Positions 9,987 to 21,012 are shown, counted from the first letter of the stretch. The stretch is 64,000 nt of DNA from Treponemataceae bacterium (GCA_963667725.2 CAXXHO010000003.1:2048001-2112000), one strand, 5' to 3'. Notes: a model not told the origin generated them from the sequence alone. Numbers and translations: made by a program.

Positions 9987-10661
9987 TTACTTTCTGAAGG
10001 GCATGCCCAACATGCCGAGAAGGCTTTTCGCCTCCCTGTCGGTCTTCGCGGTCGTGACGATCGCGATATTGAGTCCCATCACCTTTTCGATCTTGTCAAA
10101 GTCGATCTCCGGGAAAATAATCTGCTCGTTGAGTCCGAGCGAATAGTTTCCATGGCCATCGAACGCGTTCGCATTGACACCCCTGAAGTCCTTAACGCGA
10201 GGAAGCGCGACATTCATGAGTCTGTCGAGGAATTCCCACATATAGGCGCCCCTGAGGGTAACGCGGCAGCCGATTTCCTGACCCTGCCTGATCTTGAAGT
10301 TCGCGATTGCCTTCCTGGCCTTCGTCTTCACGGCATGCTGGCCCGTGATGATTTCCAGATCGGCGACGGCGGCGTCGAGAATCTTCTTGTTCTCCTTCGC
10401 TTCGCCTACACCCATCGAGACGATTACCTTGACGACTCTCGGAACCTGCATGAAGGATTCATAGCCCATCTCCTTGAAGAGTTCGGGAGCTACCTTTTCC
10501 TTGTAGATCTTCTTGAGTCTGGGCGGGGTGGCTTTCTCGGTGGTCTTGGGCTCATCCTTGGCTTTGGGCTGGGCCTTCGCCTTGGCTTTGGCATCAGCCT
10601 TGGCTTTGCCTTCGGCCTTGGCCTTAGCTAAAGTTTCAGCCTTGTCTTTCTCTTCAGCCAT
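9987..10661 (-). CDS. rplE: 50S ribosomal protein L5 with Ala/Lys-rich N-terminal extension
   Basis: [29 protein letters not shown] overlaps rplX stop (TGATG). Confidence 0.95.
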   Translation of the reverse strand: MAEEKDKAETLAKAKAEGKAKADAKAKAKAQPKAKDEPKTTEKATPPRLKKIYKEKVAPELFKEMGYESFMQVPRVVKVIVSMGVGEAKENKKILDAAVADLEIITGQHAVKTKARKAIANFKIRQGQEIGCRVTLRGAYMWEFLDRLMNVALPRVKDFRGVNANAFDGHGNYSLGLNEQIIFPEIDFDKIEKVMGLNIAIVTTAKTDREAKSLLGMLGMPFRK

Positions 10662-10978
10662 CAGAGCACCTCCCCGCATTTCCGGCACACCCTTTTCTTG
10701 GTGTCGCCGTCGATCTTGTATCCGATTTTCACGGGACCACACTTCTTGCAAACGATCATGACATTGGAAATGTCGATGGCCGCTTCGATCTCGGCGATGC
10801 CGCCGCGATCCTGCTGGTTCTTCTTCTTCATGGCTTTCTTGATCATGTTGAGACCGGCCACGATGACTCTTCCCTTTTCGCGGTCAATCTTCAGGATCTT
10901 GCCCTGCTTTCCCTTGTCCTTGCCGGTTATGACCTGGACAAGGTCCTCTTTCCGGAGCTTGTACTTAACGTCGGCCAT
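10661..10978 (-). CDS. rplX: 50S ribosomal protein L24
   Basis: KOW motif [23 protein letters not shown]. Confidence 0.97.
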   Translation of the reverse strand: MADVKYKLRKEDLVQVITGKDKGKQGKILKIDREKGRVIVAGLNMIKKAMKKKNQQDRGGIAEIEAAIDISNVMIVCKKCGPVKIGYKIDGDTKKRVCRKCGEVL

Positions 10979-10987
10979 ATCCTCTCC

Positions 10988-11356
10988 TTACAGGACCTCG
11001 GGGGCCAGAGAAACGATTTTCATATAATCTTTTTCCCTGAGCTCTCGGGCAACCGGTCCGAAGATGCGTTTGCCTTTCGGATTTTTGTTCGCATCGATGA
11101 CCACGCAGGCGTTGTCGTCGAAACGAATATACGTACCATCAGGGCGCCTGTATTCTTTGTGCGTCCTTACTATTACCGCCTTCTCGATCGTGCCCTTCTT
11201 TATGGAAGAATTGGGGAGGGCAGATTTTACGGCCACGACGATGATGTCGCCGACTGAGGCGTACCTGCGACGCGTACCACCCAGCACTTTAATGCACTGG
11301 ACAGTCTTCGCGCCCGAGTTGTCGGCGACCGTGAGCATGCTTTCCACTTGAATCAT
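10988..11356 (-). CDS. rplN: 50S ribosomal protein L14
   Basis: [17 protein letters not shown]…[11 protein letters not shown]…SLAPEVL. Confidence 0.98.
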   Translation of the reverse strand: MIQVESMLTVADNSGAKTVQCIKVLGGTRRRYASVGDIIVVAVKSALPNSSIKKGTIEKAVIVRTHKEYRRPDGTYIRFDDNACVVIDANKNPKGKRIFGPVARELREKDYMKIVSLAPEVL

Positions 11357-11373
11357 ATATGTCTCCCGTTCGC

Positions 11374-11646
11374 CTATTTCGCCCGCTCGACGATTTCGAT
11401 CAATCTCCAGTGTTTGTCGCGGGAAAGGGGTCTGCACTCCTCAACCCTGACCATATCACCGATATGAGCTTCGTTCTTTTCGTCGTGCGCCTTCACCTTC
11501 TTGGACCTGGTCACGTACTTCTTGTACAGCGGGTGAAGCTTGCGCATCATGACTTCGACAACGATGGTTTTATCCATCTTGTCGGACTTCACGACACCCT
11601 GAAACACCAGCTTTCCTTTTTTCTCATTCTGAACGTCGGTATCCAC
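11374..11646 (-). CDS. rpsQ: 30S ribosomal protein S17
   Basis: [23 protein letters not shown]. Confidence 0.97.
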   Translation of the reverse strand: MDTDVQNEKKGKLVFQGVVKSDKMDKTIVVEVMMRKLHPLYKKYVTRSKKVKAHDEKNEAHIGDMVRVEECRPLSRDKHWRLIEIVERAK

Positions 11647-11664
11647 GATATTCTCCTCGGGCCC

Positions 11665-11874
11665 TTACGCCTGTTCGCCGACAGCGGGTGTGCGCTTCGC
11701 CTGGTTAATGAGGGTCTCCACGCGCGCTATCTGGCGGCGGAGATTCCTCTTTGCGAGCGGGTTTTCGACATGTCCCACCACCATCTGGAAGCGGAGGTCG
11801 AAATACTTCTTCCTGAGATCCTCGCGCTTGGCGAGAAGCTCCTCGAATTTCAGCTCTTTAAACGAATTTTTCAT
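11665..11874 (-). CDS. rpmC: 50S ribosomal protein L29
   Basis: FDLRFQ…ENP…RRQIARVET; position between rplP and rpsQ. Confidence 0.95.
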   Translation of the reverse strand: MKNSFKELKFEELLAKREDLRKKYFDLRFQMVVGHVENPLAKRNLRRQIARVETLINQAKRTPAVGEQA

Positions 11875-11878
11875 CGTC

Positions 11879-12295
11879 TTACTCCGTTTCCGCGCGCATG
11901 GCAAATCTGGTCTTGACCGGAAGCTTAGATCCGGCAAGCCTCATCGCTTCTTCGGCGATTTTGGGCTCTACGCCGGAAAGTTCAAAAAGAACGGTTCCCG
12001 GGCGAACGACCGCGACCCAGTATTCCGGTCCCGGCTTTCCTTTTCCCATACGGGTTTCCAAGGGGTGCTTGGAAAATGGCTTGTCCGGGAAAATCCTTAC
12101 CCAGAGCTTGCCGCCCCTCTTGATGTAGCGGTTCAAAGCGACACGGGCCGCTTCGATCTGCCTGTTGGTGAGCCATTCGGGCTCGAGGCAGATAAGGCCG
12201 TATTCGCCAAACGCTATGGTGTTACCGCGCTGCGCGTTTCCATTCACTCTTCCGCGCTGCTGCTTTCTGTATTTTACTCTCTTGGGTAAAAGCAT
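11879..12295 (-). CDS. rplP: 50S ribosomal protein L16
   Basis: [28 protein letters not shown]. Confidence 0.98.
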   Translation of the reverse strand: MLLPKRVKYRKQQRGRVNGNAQRGNTIAFGEYGLICLEPEWLTNRQIEAARVALNRYIKRGGKLWVRIFPDKPFSKHPLETRMGKGKPGPEYWVAVVRPGTVLFELSGVEPKIAEEAMRLAGSKLPVKTRFAMRAETE

Positions 12296-12298
12296 ACC

Positions 12299-13102
12299 TT
12301 AGCTCCTTGCCCTATCGTCAGTTCTGGGAGCATCGCCGCGGGGAGCAGCGGGGCGCCGCGGTCGGCGATCTCCGCCTTCCCTTCTCTCGCCCCTCGGTTC
12401 CGCCGAAGCGCCGGCCGGTTCTCTCCTGGCTTTGCGCGCAAGCATGCCGGCATCTTCGTTCTTGTCGGCTGAGTACACCATGCCCTGATAGATCCAGACC
12501 TTCACGCCAATCTTGCCGAAGGTGGTCTGCGATTCCGCAAAACCATAGTCGATGTCGGCGCGGAGGGTGTGGAGTGGAATGCGCCCTTCCTTGAGTTCCT
12601 CAGTCCTGGACATGTCCGCGCCGCCCAAGCGGCCGGAAACGCGGATCTTGCAGCCCTGGGCTCCGCCCTTGATCGCGTTGGAGATGGACATCTTGAGCGC
12701 CTTGCGGAAGGAGCCGCGTCCCTCGAGCTGGCGGGCGATGTTCTGCGCGACGATCTGTGCGTTCGTATCGGTTTTCTTGATTTCCTTGATCTTTATCTGA
12801 ACCTTTTTGGAGGCGATCTTCTGGATCTCGAGTCCGATTCTTTCTATGTTCGCGCCCTTGATGCCAATAAGCACACCAGGTCTCGCGGTATGAATAATGA
12901 CGGTAATGCGCTGCGGATGGCGAATGATCTCGATTTCGGCCACGTCGGCGCCCTTTACCTCGGGCAGTTCAAGAATGCGCTTGCGGATATGAAGATCCTC
13001 ATGGAGGGTCTTGGCATAATCGCGCGGCTCAACATACCACCTGGAACTCCAGTCTTTGTTGATTCCGATGCGCAGTCCGATTGGATTTACTTTATTGCCC
13101 AC
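12299..13102 (-). CDS. rpsC: 30S ribosomal protein S3
   Basis: [30 protein letters not shown]. Confidence 0.98.
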   Translation of the reverse strand: MGNKVNPIGLRIGINKDWSSRWYVEPRDYAKTLHEDLHIRKRILELPEVKGADVAEIEIIRHPQRITVIIHTARPGVLIGIKGANIERIGLEIQKIASKKVQIKIKEIKKTDTNAQIVAQNIARQLEGRGSFRKALKMSISNAIKGGAQGCKIRVSGRLGGADMSRTEELKEGRIPLHTLRADIDYGFAESQTTFGKIGVKVWIYQGMVYSADKNEDAGMLARKARREPAGASAEPRGERREGGDRRPRRPAAPRGDAPRTDDRARS

Positions 13103-13103
13103 C

Positions 13104-13469
13104 TTACGCCTCCGACTTCTTGCCGATTTCTTCGACTACGCAGGTAATATGGCACATCCTCTTGATGAGCATATCAGCCCTGCCGCGAGCGCGGAACCAA
13201 ACCCTGCGCATCTTCGGACCTTCGTCGATCCTCAGCTCCTTGACGTAAAGCATGTCTTCGCCGAGCTTGCGGTTTTTGTTGAGCGCGTTGGACGCAGCAG
13301 ATACCATAACTTTCTTGATGAGCCTGGCGCCCTTCTGCGGCATATTGTCGAGAATGGCTATGGCATCGGTGTAGGGCTTCTCCCTTATAAGATCCGCCAC
13401 TGGGCGAATCTTGAAAGGCGATCCCATGAGCCATTTTGCCGTCGCTCGGTAACCGGTCTTTTCAATCAT
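13104..13469 (-). CDS. rplV: 50S ribosomal protein L22
   Basis: [29 protein letters not shown]. Confidence 0.96.
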   Translation of the reverse strand: MIEKTGYRATAKWLMGSPFKIRPVADLIREKPYTDAIAILDNMPQKGARLIKKVMVSAASNALNKNRKLGEDMLYVKELRIDEGPKMRRVWFRARGRADMLIKRMCHITCVVEEIGKKSEA

Positions 13470-13479
13470 GGTCACACCC

Positions 13480-13761
13480 CTATTTCTTCTCGGCTTTTTT
13501 GTCGCTTCCCGCATGACCGCGGAAAATCCTGGTGGGAGCGAACTCGCCGAGCTTGTGACCGACCAGGTTCTCGGTCACATAGACCGGGACCCACGTCTTG
13601 CCGTTATATACTGAGATTGTCTGTCCGACCATTTCAGGAATGATCGTCGAAGTCCTGGAGTAGGTCTTCACCATTTTCTTGTCTCCGGACTTGCTTCCCT
13701 CAGTCACTTTCTTGTACAGGCTCTTCTCGATGAAGGGCCCCTTCTTTACGGACCTTGACAC
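13480..13761 (-). CDS. rpsS: 30S ribosomal protein S19
   Basis: GTG start, SRSVKKGPF…[11 protein letters not shown]. Confidence 0.97.
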   Translation of the reverse strand: MSRSVKKGPFIEKSLYKKVTEGSKSGDKKMVKTYSRTSTIIPEMVGQTISVYNGKTWVPVYVTENLVGHKLGEFAPTRIFRGHAGSDKKAEKK

Positions 13762-13774
13762 GAGTGTGCTCCTC

Positions 13775-14605
13775 TTACTTGCGGCGCTTCGTGATGAAGC
13801 GGCCAGACGGCTTGTGCGTATCGCGCGTCTTGTAACCTTTCGCCGGCTGTCCCCATGGAGACACAGGCTGCTTGAATCCCTTACCACGACCCTCACCACC
13901 GCCATGCGGGTGATCGACAGGGTTCATGACCGTACCGCGGACCGTGGGCCTGATGCCCCTCCACCTGTTACGGCCGGCCTTGCCGACGCGCTCGTTCATG
14001 TGCTCTTCGTTGCCGACGGTTCCGATGGTGGCGATGCATTTCTTGAACACCATGCGAAGCTCGCCGGAAGGCAGCCTGAGGACGATATAATCGCCTTCGA
14101 CACCTGCCAGAAGAGCGTTGGCTCCGGCTGAACGGGCAAGCTGCCCGCCCTTGCCGAGGGTGAGCTCGACGTTATGCACCGTGAAGCCCAACGGGATGTT
14201 CTCCAAAGGAAGCGCGTTGCCTACCTCTAGAGCGGCCGTCGGGCCGGACATGATCTTCTGTCCGACCTTGAGTCCTTTCGGGCTGATGATGTAGCGCTTC
14301 TCGCCGTCCGCATAGACAACGAGGGCGATGTTGGAGCTTCGGTTGGGATCATACTCGATGCCGGAGACGGTGCCGGGGATTCCAAACTTGTCGCGTTTGA
14401 AATCGATGACCCTGTACTTCTGCTTATGACCGCCGCCCTGATGTCGAACGGAGATGCGCCCGTTTGAAGCGCGTCCGCCCCTGCTCGACTTACCCTTGGT
14501 AAGGGATTTTTCGGGATTGCTCCGATTCTCGGTAATTTCTTCGTTCGTCACCTGTACCCGGTGACGCAGACCCGGCGTTAAGGGTCTGAAAGTCTTAATA
14601 CCCAT
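13775..14605 (-). CDS. rplB: 50S ribosomal protein L2
   Basis: [20 protein letters not shown]. Confidence 0.98.
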   Translation of the reverse strand: MGIKTFRPLTPGLRHRVQVTNEEITENRSNPEKSLTKGKSSRGGRASNGRISVRHQGGGHKQKYRVIDFKRDKFGIPGTVSGIEYDPNRSSNIALVVYADGEKRYIISPKGLKVGQKIMSGPTAALEVGNALPLENIPLGFTVHNVELTLGKGGQLARSAGANALLAGVEGDYIVLRLPSGELRMVFKKCIATIGTVGNEEHMNERVGKAGRNRWRGIRPTVRGTVMNPVDHPHGGGEGRGKGFKQPVSPWGQPAKGYKTRDTHKPSGRFITKRRK

Positions 14606-14622
14606 ATATTCCCCTTACTTCC

Positions 14623-14907
14623 TTACGCGCCTTCAAAAACACGGATCGTCTCGCCCTTCTGGAGCCTGACGATCGCTTTTTTCCATTCGGCGGTGTTTCC
14701 GGGCCGACCCCTGAGACGCTTCGGCTTGGAAGCGACATTGATGATGTTGCAGCTGACGGGATTGACCTTGAAGATCCTCCGCACGGCTTCCATCACCATG
14801 AGCTTGTCGGCTCGCGAATCTACCTTGAAAACATACTGGCCAGTCTCACGCATGAGATTGCTCTTTTCGGAGAGCACCGGCTCGATCAAAATCGACTCAT
14901 ATACCAT
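14623..14907 (-). CDS. rplW: 50S ribosomal protein L23
   Basis: PVLSEKS, YVFKV, WKKAIVRL. Confidence 0.96.
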   Translation of the reverse strand: MVYESILIEPVLSEKSNLMRETGQYVFKVDSRADKLMVMEAVRRIFKVNPVSCNIINVASKPKRLRGRPGNTAEWKKAIVRLQKGETIRVFEGA

Positions 14908-14922
14908 TTTCGGTGCTCCTTA

Positions 14923-15555
14923 TCAGTTCGCGTAGAACTCGTTGAGCTGCTTCGCGGCCGACTCCAGAACCACGATTTTTCTTCCATAGAAAATATCGTG
15001 CGCTCTAAGCCTGTTGAACGAGAGGTAACTCAGCCACGGGATGTTCCGCGCGGCTCTCTTGAGCATGGGATCATCATCCTTGAGGATGATGACCGTTCTC
15101 TGGGGAGCCTTGGCATCCACGAAGGGCGAGAGCGCCTTGATGAGATCCTTGGTTCTTCCCGACTCGACGGTGAAATCTTCGACTACCGCCAGAGTGCCGT
15201 CCTGGGCTTTCATGCTGAGAATCGTCTTCATCGCCAGGCGCTTCGCCTTGCGGGGCATCATGTAGGAGAAGTCGCGCGGCTTGGGGCCGAACGAGATACC
15301 GCCGCCCACGTACACGTTGGATTTCGTGTCGCCGTGGCGGGCGCGTCCGGTGCCTTTCTGGCTGTAAGGCCTTCTGTTGGTACCGTGAACTTCGCTCCTG
15401 TCCTTGGTGCTTGCCGTTCCGAGCCTCATGTTGGCGAGCTCGTTGTTGATGGCGTAATAGATTACATCTTCATTGATGGGAAGCCCGAAGACGGCTTCGG
15501 AAAGCTCAAGAGTCCTGAGCTCCTTCCCCTCGGTGGAAACAACTTTACTTTCCAT
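14923..15555 (-). CDS. rplD: 50S ribosomal protein L4
   Basis: [21 protein letters not shown]. Confidence 0.97.
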   Translation of the reverse strand: MESKVVSTEGKELRTLELSEAVFGLPINEDVIYYAINNELANMRLGTASTKDRSEVHGTNRRPYSQKGTGRARHGDTKSNVYVGGGISFGPKPRDFSYMMPRKAKRLAMKTILSMKAQDGTLAVVEDFTVESGRTKDLIKALSPFVDAKAPQRTVIILKDDDPMLKRAARNIPWLSYLSFNRLRAHDIFYGRKIVVLESAAKQLNEFYAN

Positions 15556-15569
15556 TGGGTCCTCCGCCT

Positions 15570-16193
15570 TCAGTTCTTCTTGATCGCTTTACGAACAAGA
15601 ACATCGCAATTGCGCGGGCCCGGAAGAGCACCGCGTACCAAAACAAAACCTTTCTCGGCGTCGACACGGACAACCCTGAGGTTCAAGACCGTCACGCGCT
15701 CGCGTCCCATCCTTCCCGGGAGCTTGATATTCTTGAAGCTCTTGTGGGGGTAGGTACTCTGGCCGGTGGAACCCGGCTCTCTGTGGAACTTGGATCCGTG
15801 AGTGCTGCGGCCGCCGGCGAAATTCCAGCGCTTCATGACGCCCTGAAATCCCTTACCTTTGGAAGTGGCCGTTACGTCGACATAGCGGATGCCTTCGAGA
15901 AGGGCCACATCCAGCTTTTCGCCGACCTGCACGTCTTTCTCGAAATCGCGCATCTCGCGAAGAATCCTGGTGGGAGCGATGCCTTCGGCGAACTGTCCGC
16001 CGTAGGGCTTCGTGACCCTCGTCTTCTTCTTCTCATAGACGCCGACGACGATCGCGTCGTAGCCATCCTTGTCGGTGGTTTTCTTTCCAACGACGACGTT
16101 GGGCACGACCTGCACGACCGTTACAGGAATAAGTTTCCCCGTATCGTCGAACACCTGGGTCATCCCAAGCTTTTTACCGATTATTCCGATCAT
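15570..16193 (-). CDS. rplC: 50S ribosomal protein L3
   Basis: GKKLGMTQVF, SKGKGFQGVMKRW, HREPGS. Confidence 0.98.
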   Translation of the reverse strand: MIGIIGKKLGMTQVFDDTGKLIPVTVVQVVPNVVVGKKTTDKDGYDAIVVGVYEKKKTRVTKPYGGQFAEGIAPTRILREMRDFEKDVQVGEKLDVALLEGIRYVDVTATSKGKGFQGVMKRWNFAGGRSTHGSKFHREPGSTGQSTYPHKSFKNIKLPGRMGRERVTVLNLRVVRVDAEKGFVLVRGALPGPRNCDVLVRKAIKKN

Positions 16194-16262
16194 TCGGTTC
16201 TCCTGCGTTGAACGCGGCCGGCACTAAGCCGGGCGTTTCGGCATTTCAGCGAGCGAATTCGC

Positions 16263-16568
16263 TCACTGTTTGATCTCGACATCCACACCCGCGGGAAGTT
16301 CAAGCTTCATCAGGGCGTCCATGACTTCGGGAGTGGGTTCCAGAATGTCGATCAGGCGCTTGTGCGTCCTCATCTCAAACTGCTCCCTGCTCTTCTTGTG
16401 CACATGCGGCGATCTCAGCACGGTATACTTACTGATTTTCGTCGGAAGGGGAATTGGGCCCGAAACGCGCGCGCCGGCGCCCTGGACCGTCTTCACGATA
16501 CCGCTCGCGCTGTCATCGACAAGGCGCACATCGAAGCCTCTCAGCCTTACACGGATTCTGTCTTTCAT
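16263..16568 (-). CDS. rpsJ: 30S ribosomal protein S10
   Basis: [31 protein letters not shown]. Confidence 0.98.
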   Translation of the reverse strand: MKDRIRVRLRGFDVRLVDDSASGIVKTVQGAGARVSGPIPLPTKISKYTVLRSPHVHKKSREQFEMRTHKRLIDILEPTPEVMDALMKLELPAGVDVEIKQ

Positions 16569-16742
16569 GTGTCCTCCAAAGATCTCTTGCACATACGATT
16601 CCGGGCCGTACCCTGGCGGGCGCGCTCGATTCTATGTGCGGCGAGGCACAAGAGCCTCGCTGACCGCGGGTTTTCAGCCCACACGGTCAAAATTCCCGCT
16701 CGCGGAAAAACATCACGCGAGCAGGTTATTATCGCAGAATAC

Positions 16743-16784
16743 AAATGGGCTGTCCAGTACCCAAAGGGGAAGGACAGCCCATTT
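16743..16784 (-). terminator. Hairpin after tuf (probable terminator/attenuator)
   Basis: AAATGGGCTGTCC…GGACAGCCCATTT 13-bp inverted repeat followed by a U-rich tail on minus strand. Confidence 0.6.
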
Positions 16785-16793
16785 AAAGACTAA

Positions 16794-17984
16794 TCAGACA
16801 GCAACTTCGACTACCTGTCCGGAAGCGACCGTGTGGCCGCCCTCGCGGATGGCGAACTTCAGTCCCTTTTCCATGGCGATCGGGTAGATCAGCTCTACGT
16901 TGATCGGCGTGTTGTCGCCAGGCATGACCATTTCCTTGCCTTCGGGCAGGGTCACGGTGCCGGTGATATCGGTCGTCCTGAAGTAGAACTGGGGTCTGTA
17001 ACCGGAGAAGAAGGGGCTATGGCGTCCGCCTTCAGCCTGGTTCAGTACGTAGACCTGGCCAGTGAACTTGGTGTGCGGGTGGATGGTGCCCGGCTTGGCG
17101 AGAACCTGTCCGCGCTCGACTTCTTTCTTGTCCACGCCGCGAAGCAGGGTGCCGACGTTGTCGCCAGCGCGGCCTTCGTCGAGAAGCTTGTTGAACATTT
17201 CAATGCCGGTTACGACGGTGGACTTGTTCGGTTTGATGCCGACGATGTCTACGGTGTCGTTGAGCTTGACGATTCCGCGTTCGATACGGCCGGTGACGAC
17301 GGTACCACGACCGGAAATGGAGAAGACGTCCTCAATGGGCATCAGGAAGGGCTTGTCGGTAAGGCGCACAGGGTCAGGGAAGAAGGTGTCCATGGCGTCG
17401 AGAAGTTCCTGGATGCAGCCGGTGACTTCGGGATTGTCGGGCTCGGTCATGGCCTTGAAGGCGGAACCTTTGACGATCGGGGTCGTGTCGCCGGGGAATC
17501 CGTAGAAATTGAGAAGATCGCGGACTTCTTCCTCGACCAGCTCGATCAGTTCGGGATCGTCAACGAGGTCGACCTTGTTGAGGAACACGAGGACGGAAGG
17601 AACGCCGACCTGGCGGGCGAGCAGGACGTGCTCGCGAGTCTGGGGCATTACCGAGTCCGGCGCGGAAACGACCAGGATAGCGCCGTCCATCTGCGCGGCG
17701 CCGGTGATCATGTTCTTAATGTAGTCGGCGTGTCCCGGGCAGTCGATATGCGCATAGTGGCGCTTCTGGGACTGATACTCGAGGTGTCGAGTATTGATGG
17801 TGATACCACGTGCTTTTTCCTCGGGCGCATTGTCGATATCATCGTACTTCATCACCTTGTCGCCGAATTTGTGGCCGCAGTACATGGTGATGGCTGCGCT
17901 CAGGGTCGTCTTTCCGTGGTCGATGTGTCCGATCGTACCGACGTTCATGTGCGGCTTGGTACGTTCGAATTTCTCTTTGGCCAT
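16794..17984 (-). CDS. tuf: Elongation factor Tu
   Basis: [26 protein letters not shown]. Confidence 0.99.
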   Translation of the reverse strand: MAKEKFERTKPHMNVGTIGHIDHGKTTLSAAITMYCGHKFGDKVMKYDDIDNAPEEKARGITINTRHLEYQSQKRHYAHIDCPGHADYIKNMITGAAQMDGAILVVSAPDSVMPQTREHVLLARQVGVPSVLVFLNKVDLVDDPELIELVEEEVRDLLNFYGFPGDTTPIVKGSAFKAMTEPDNPEVTGCIQELLDAMDTFFPDPVRLTDKPFLMPIEDVFSISGRGTVVTGRIERGIVKLNDTVDIVGIKPNKSTVVTGIEMFNKLLDEGRAGDNVGTLLRGVDKKEVERGQVLAKPGTIHPHTKFTGQVYVLNQAEGGRHSPFFSGYRPQFYFRTTDITGTVTLPEGKEMVMPGDNTPINVELIYPIAMEKGLKFAIREGGHTVASGQVVEVAV

Positions 17985-18112
17985 ATCTAATTCCTCCTTG
18001 GCTTCGTCACCGGCTCTTCACGCAAAAACGCGGATGCCGCATGAAGATAGTCCGCCGGCATCAAAGCCGCCGGATCCTAATGCCATGAATATTCTTTTGT
18101 TAAGGCTTTCGG

Positions 18113-18141
18113 ATTATAAAAGAACTTCCAACGGTGATCAA
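18113..18141 (-). promoter_or_regulatory. Sigma70-type promoter for tuf
   Basis: TTGATC-N17-TATAAT. Confidence 0.75.
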
Positions 18142-18185
18142 GAGGCTACCGTTGAGATTGGCGGTTTTTCCCTATTTTTTAATGG

Positions 18186-20273
18186 CTAAAAGGGTTGCCG
18201 CAGAGCTTCGTAGCTTTTAGAGCGCGCTTGGAACTGCGCCCGCCCCCTGCTCATGGACCTCAATTCGCCAGCGAAACCGAAAAGACCGCGCATTGGCGCC
18301 TGAGCCGAGATCGTTTTACGCCCTATCCCGTCCTCCACCGATTCTATTCGTCCGCCTCTGGTGGAGACGGCGTTGAGGACGGGGCCGAAGTGTTCCTCGG
18401 GGCATTCTATGTCGATTTGCATGATTGGTTCCAGTATTTCGGAGCCGGCTTCGAGCAGGGCCCGCCGCGCGGCCATGGCCGTGGCCGCCTCCACCGCGGT
18501 CTCCCCGTTTCGGCCGGTGCCGCCCGATGGCGGAGCCAGGTTGACGATGACGACGCGCACCGCTTCCATCGGCCAGCCCTGCAGCGGTCCCGCCGATATG
18601 GCCGATTCGGCCCCGCGGCGGGCAGCGGCCATGAACTGGGGCTGAAGCCTCAGTCCCGGGGCGCTGGTCACTTCGTTTTCCGTCCCGTCCCCCCCGGACC
18701 GGACGATGATTTCAACCGATACTCTTATTCTTTCGCCGCCGAAATCGTGATCGAAATCTTCCTTTACGGAGGCCTGTCTGACGAGTCTTTCCCGGCAGTT
18801 GACCCGCGGATTGCCCGTCCTTATCTTGAGGCCGAATTCGCGCCTCAGTCTTTCGGCGACGATGTCCAGGTGCAGTTCCCCCTGGCCGGAGACCTCGAAC
18901 CGGCCGGTTTCCCTCTCCTCCCTGACGCCGAGGGATAGATCCTCGACAGCCAGGGATTCCAGGGCCTGCCGGATCGCGGCGACGTCCTGGGCGCTGTTGG
19001 GTTCCATGATCTGGCTGACGACGGGTTCAGGGATTTCCAGGGGCTCGAAGAGTATCGGGAAGGTGCGTTCGCAGAGGCTGGCGCCCGGTTCCAGTCTCGC
19101 CGTCTTCAGCGCCACGACTTCCCCCGCCCCGGCCTCTTTGAGTTCGGTGAGCGATTCGGCGTGTATGCCGAATATTTTTTTTATGGTTATGTCCTTGGAC
19201 GAGCGGGCTTCGAACACTTTGCGGCCGGCATGGAGGGTGCCCGACCATATTCTCGTCCAGGCGTAGTTGTCGCCCGCGCTGTCGCGCAGCGTCTTGAATA
19301 CGAAGGCGGCGAGGTGGGTATTTTCGTCGGGCTGTATCGTCAGCGCGGCTTGGGTTCCGGGATCGGTTCCCGCTGGTACTTTCGCCTCGGCCGGCGAGGG
19401 CAGAAGGGCGATTACCGCGTCCAGGAGGAAGCTTACGGAGCAGTCGACGAAGGCGGAGCCGCAGAGGACGGGAACGATGCCGCAGGTCTTCACCGCGCGG
19501 GCAGCGGCGCGCGCGAGCAGTTCGGGCGGGACTTCCTGGTTGGAGGCGTAGAGGGCGAGGATTTCTTCGTCCCGCTCCGCGAGTTTTTCAAGGAGGAGGG
19601 CGCGCGCCGCGAGAGCTGCAGTCTTCGAAGAAGCGGAGAGGGCAGCTTGGGCGAGGGGCAGCGTATCGCTGCAGTCCGCCGTCTCGAGATTCTCCTCGCC
19701 GCTAAAGTAATGGGGTTCCATGCTGATCAGATCGACGATGCCGAGCCATGTGCGCCCCTCGAAGATCGGGCTCTGGATGGCGACGGCATCGGGCTCGAGC
19801 ATGGCGCGAAGATCCTGGACAACGCTCGAAAAGTCGGCGCCTGTCCTGTCCATTTTGTTGATGAAATAGAGGCGCGGAAGTTTTCTGTCGGCGGCGGCTT
19901 TCGCGATGACCTCGGTGCGGGCCTGCACGCCAGACACGGCGCAGAGGGCAATGACGGCGCCGTCGAGAATCCTGAGCGCCCTATCGACTTCGTTTCCGAA
20001 ATCCACATGGCCGGGAGTATCGATGAGGTGGACAGCCCTCCCCCTCCAGTCGAAGCGCACGGCTGCCGACTTTACCGTTATTCCATGAAGCCTTTCGACG
20101 GCAAGATAGTCTGTGGCCGTGGTTCCGTCATCCACGGCGCCCGCTTCCCTTCTCAAGCCCGCGAGGAAAAGCATTTTTTCCGTGATGGAGGTTTTCCCTG
20201 CGTCGACATGGGCGAGAACGCCTATGTTTCTTATGCTCTCCATGCCAGCGGCGGAAGGCGGCGAAGCGTTCAT
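18186..20273 (-). CDS. Divergent elongation factor G paralogue (EF-G2/recycling-type)
   Basis: AHVDAGKT, DTPGHVDF, NKMD, GQGELHLDI, LEPIM, LRSMSRGR; fusA position between rpsG and tuf; domain IV loops degenerate. Confidence 0.85.
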   Translation of the reverse strand: MNASPPSAAGMESIRNIGVLAHVDAGKTSITEKMLFLAGLRREAGAVDDGTTATDYLAVERLHGITVKSAAVRFDWRGRAVHLIDTPGHVDFGNEVDRALRILDGAVIALCAVSGVQARTEVIAKAAADRKLPRLYFINKMDRTGADFSSVVQDLRAMLEPDAVAIQSPIFEGRTWLGIVDLISMEPHYFSGEENLETADCSDTLPLAQAALSASSKTAALAARALLLEKLAERDEEILALYASNQEVPPELLARAAARAVKTCGIVPVLCGSAFVDCSVSFLLDAVIALLPSPAEAKVPAGTDPGTQAALTIQPDENTHLAAFVFKTLRDSAGDNYAWTRIWSGTLHAGRKVFEARSSKDITIKKIFGIHAESLTELKEAGAGEVVALKTARLEPGASLCERTFPILFEPLEIPEPVVSQIMEPNSAQDVAAIRQALESLAVEDLSLGVREERETGRFEVSGQGELHLDIVAERLRREFGLKIRTGNPRVNCRERLVRQASVKEDFDHDFGGERIRVSVEIIVRSGGDGTENEVTSAPGLRLQPQFMAAARRGAESAISAGPLQGWPMEAVRVVIVNLAPPSGGTGRNGETAVEAATAMAARRALLEAGSEILEPIMQIDIECPEEHFGPVLNAVSTRGGRIESVEDGIGRKTISAQAPMRGLFGFAGELRSMSRGRAQFQARSKSYEALRQPF

Positions 20274-20304
20274 GATGTTTTAGTATAGATCGAATGTACC
20301 CAAT

Positions 20305-20329
20305 AAAAAAGCCGCCCGATGGACGGCTT
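20305..20329 (-). terminator. Intrinsic terminator upstream of EF-G paralogue
   Basis: Minus strand AAGCCGTCC-ATC-GGGCGGC-TTTTTT. Confidence 0.7.
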
Positions 20330-20350
20330 GTACTGCTTGCACGGGGCGGC

Positions 20351-20449
20351 GCCTATGGCCAACGCTCAACTGCGGCGCCTTTGGCCACGCGCGCTTGCAG
20401 CGCCTATAGCCAACGCTTGCCTATAGCCAACGCTTGCCTATAGCAACGC
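20351..20449. repeat. 17-bp tandem repeat GCCTATAGCCAACGCTT
   Basis: Exact copies 20402-20418 and 20419-20435, partial 20436-20449, degenerate copies at 20351 and 20377. Confidence 0.85.
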
Positions 20450-20494
20450 GCGCGGTAGCGCGCGAGAGCCAATAAAGCTTTGTCACTAGATTAT

Positions 20495-20522
20495 AAAAAA
20501 GCCCCAGCGTAGCTGGGGCTTT
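20495..20522 (-). terminator. Intrinsic terminator after rpsG
   Basis: Minus strand AAAGCCCCAGC-TAC-GCTGGGGC-TTTTTT. Confidence 0.85.
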
Positions 20523-20541
20523 AGTTATCAAAAAGCGAGAC

Positions 20542-21012
20542 TTACCACTTGTAGTGGGCGAAAGCTTTATTGGCTTCAGCCATCTTGTGCATGTCTTCTT
20601 TCTTCTTGATGGCGGTGCCGGTACCGTTGAAGGCATCGAGCATCTCATCGGCGAGTTTTTCAGGCATGGCCTTGCCGCTGCGGGCGCGGCTGGCGTTGAT
20701 GAGCCAGCGCATGGCCAGAGCCTCGCGCCTGGAGTCGCGAATCTCGATGGGGACCTGGTAGGTCGCACCACCGACGCGTCGGGACTTTACCTCGACGGCG
20801 GGCTTGGCATTCTCGAGCGCCTTGGTGAAAACGTCGAGCGCCGGAACGCCGGCCTTCTGCTGCATGATTTCGAGAGCGTCGTACATGATGCGCGTGCAAG
20901 TAGATTTCTTGCCCTGAATCATCATTCTGCAGACGAACTTGGTGATGCTGACGGAATTGTACTTCGTATCGGGCGCGTGGCCGCGATCGATGGATTTCTT
21001 TTTTCTGCCCAT
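20542..21012 (-). CDS. rpsG: 30S ribosomal protein S7
   Basis: EVKSRRVGGATYQVP, HKMAEANKAFAHY. Confidence 0.98.
   Translation of the reverse strand: MGRKKKSIDRGHAPDTKYNSVSITKFVCRMMIQGKKSTCTRIMYDALEIMQQKAGVPALDVFTKALENAKPAVEVKSRRVGGATYQVPIEIRDSRREALAMRWLINASRARSGKAMPEKLADEMLDAFNGTGTAIKKKEDMHKMAEANKAFAHYKW

Noticed and set aside
12299..12440. Arg/Gly/Pro-rich C-terminal tail of S3
   Set aside because: Variable low-complexity S3 tails are common in many bacteria
20351..20449. Repeat tract as a possible CRISPR array
   Set aside because: Units are 17 bp and directly adjacent with no unique spacers; no cas genes in the window
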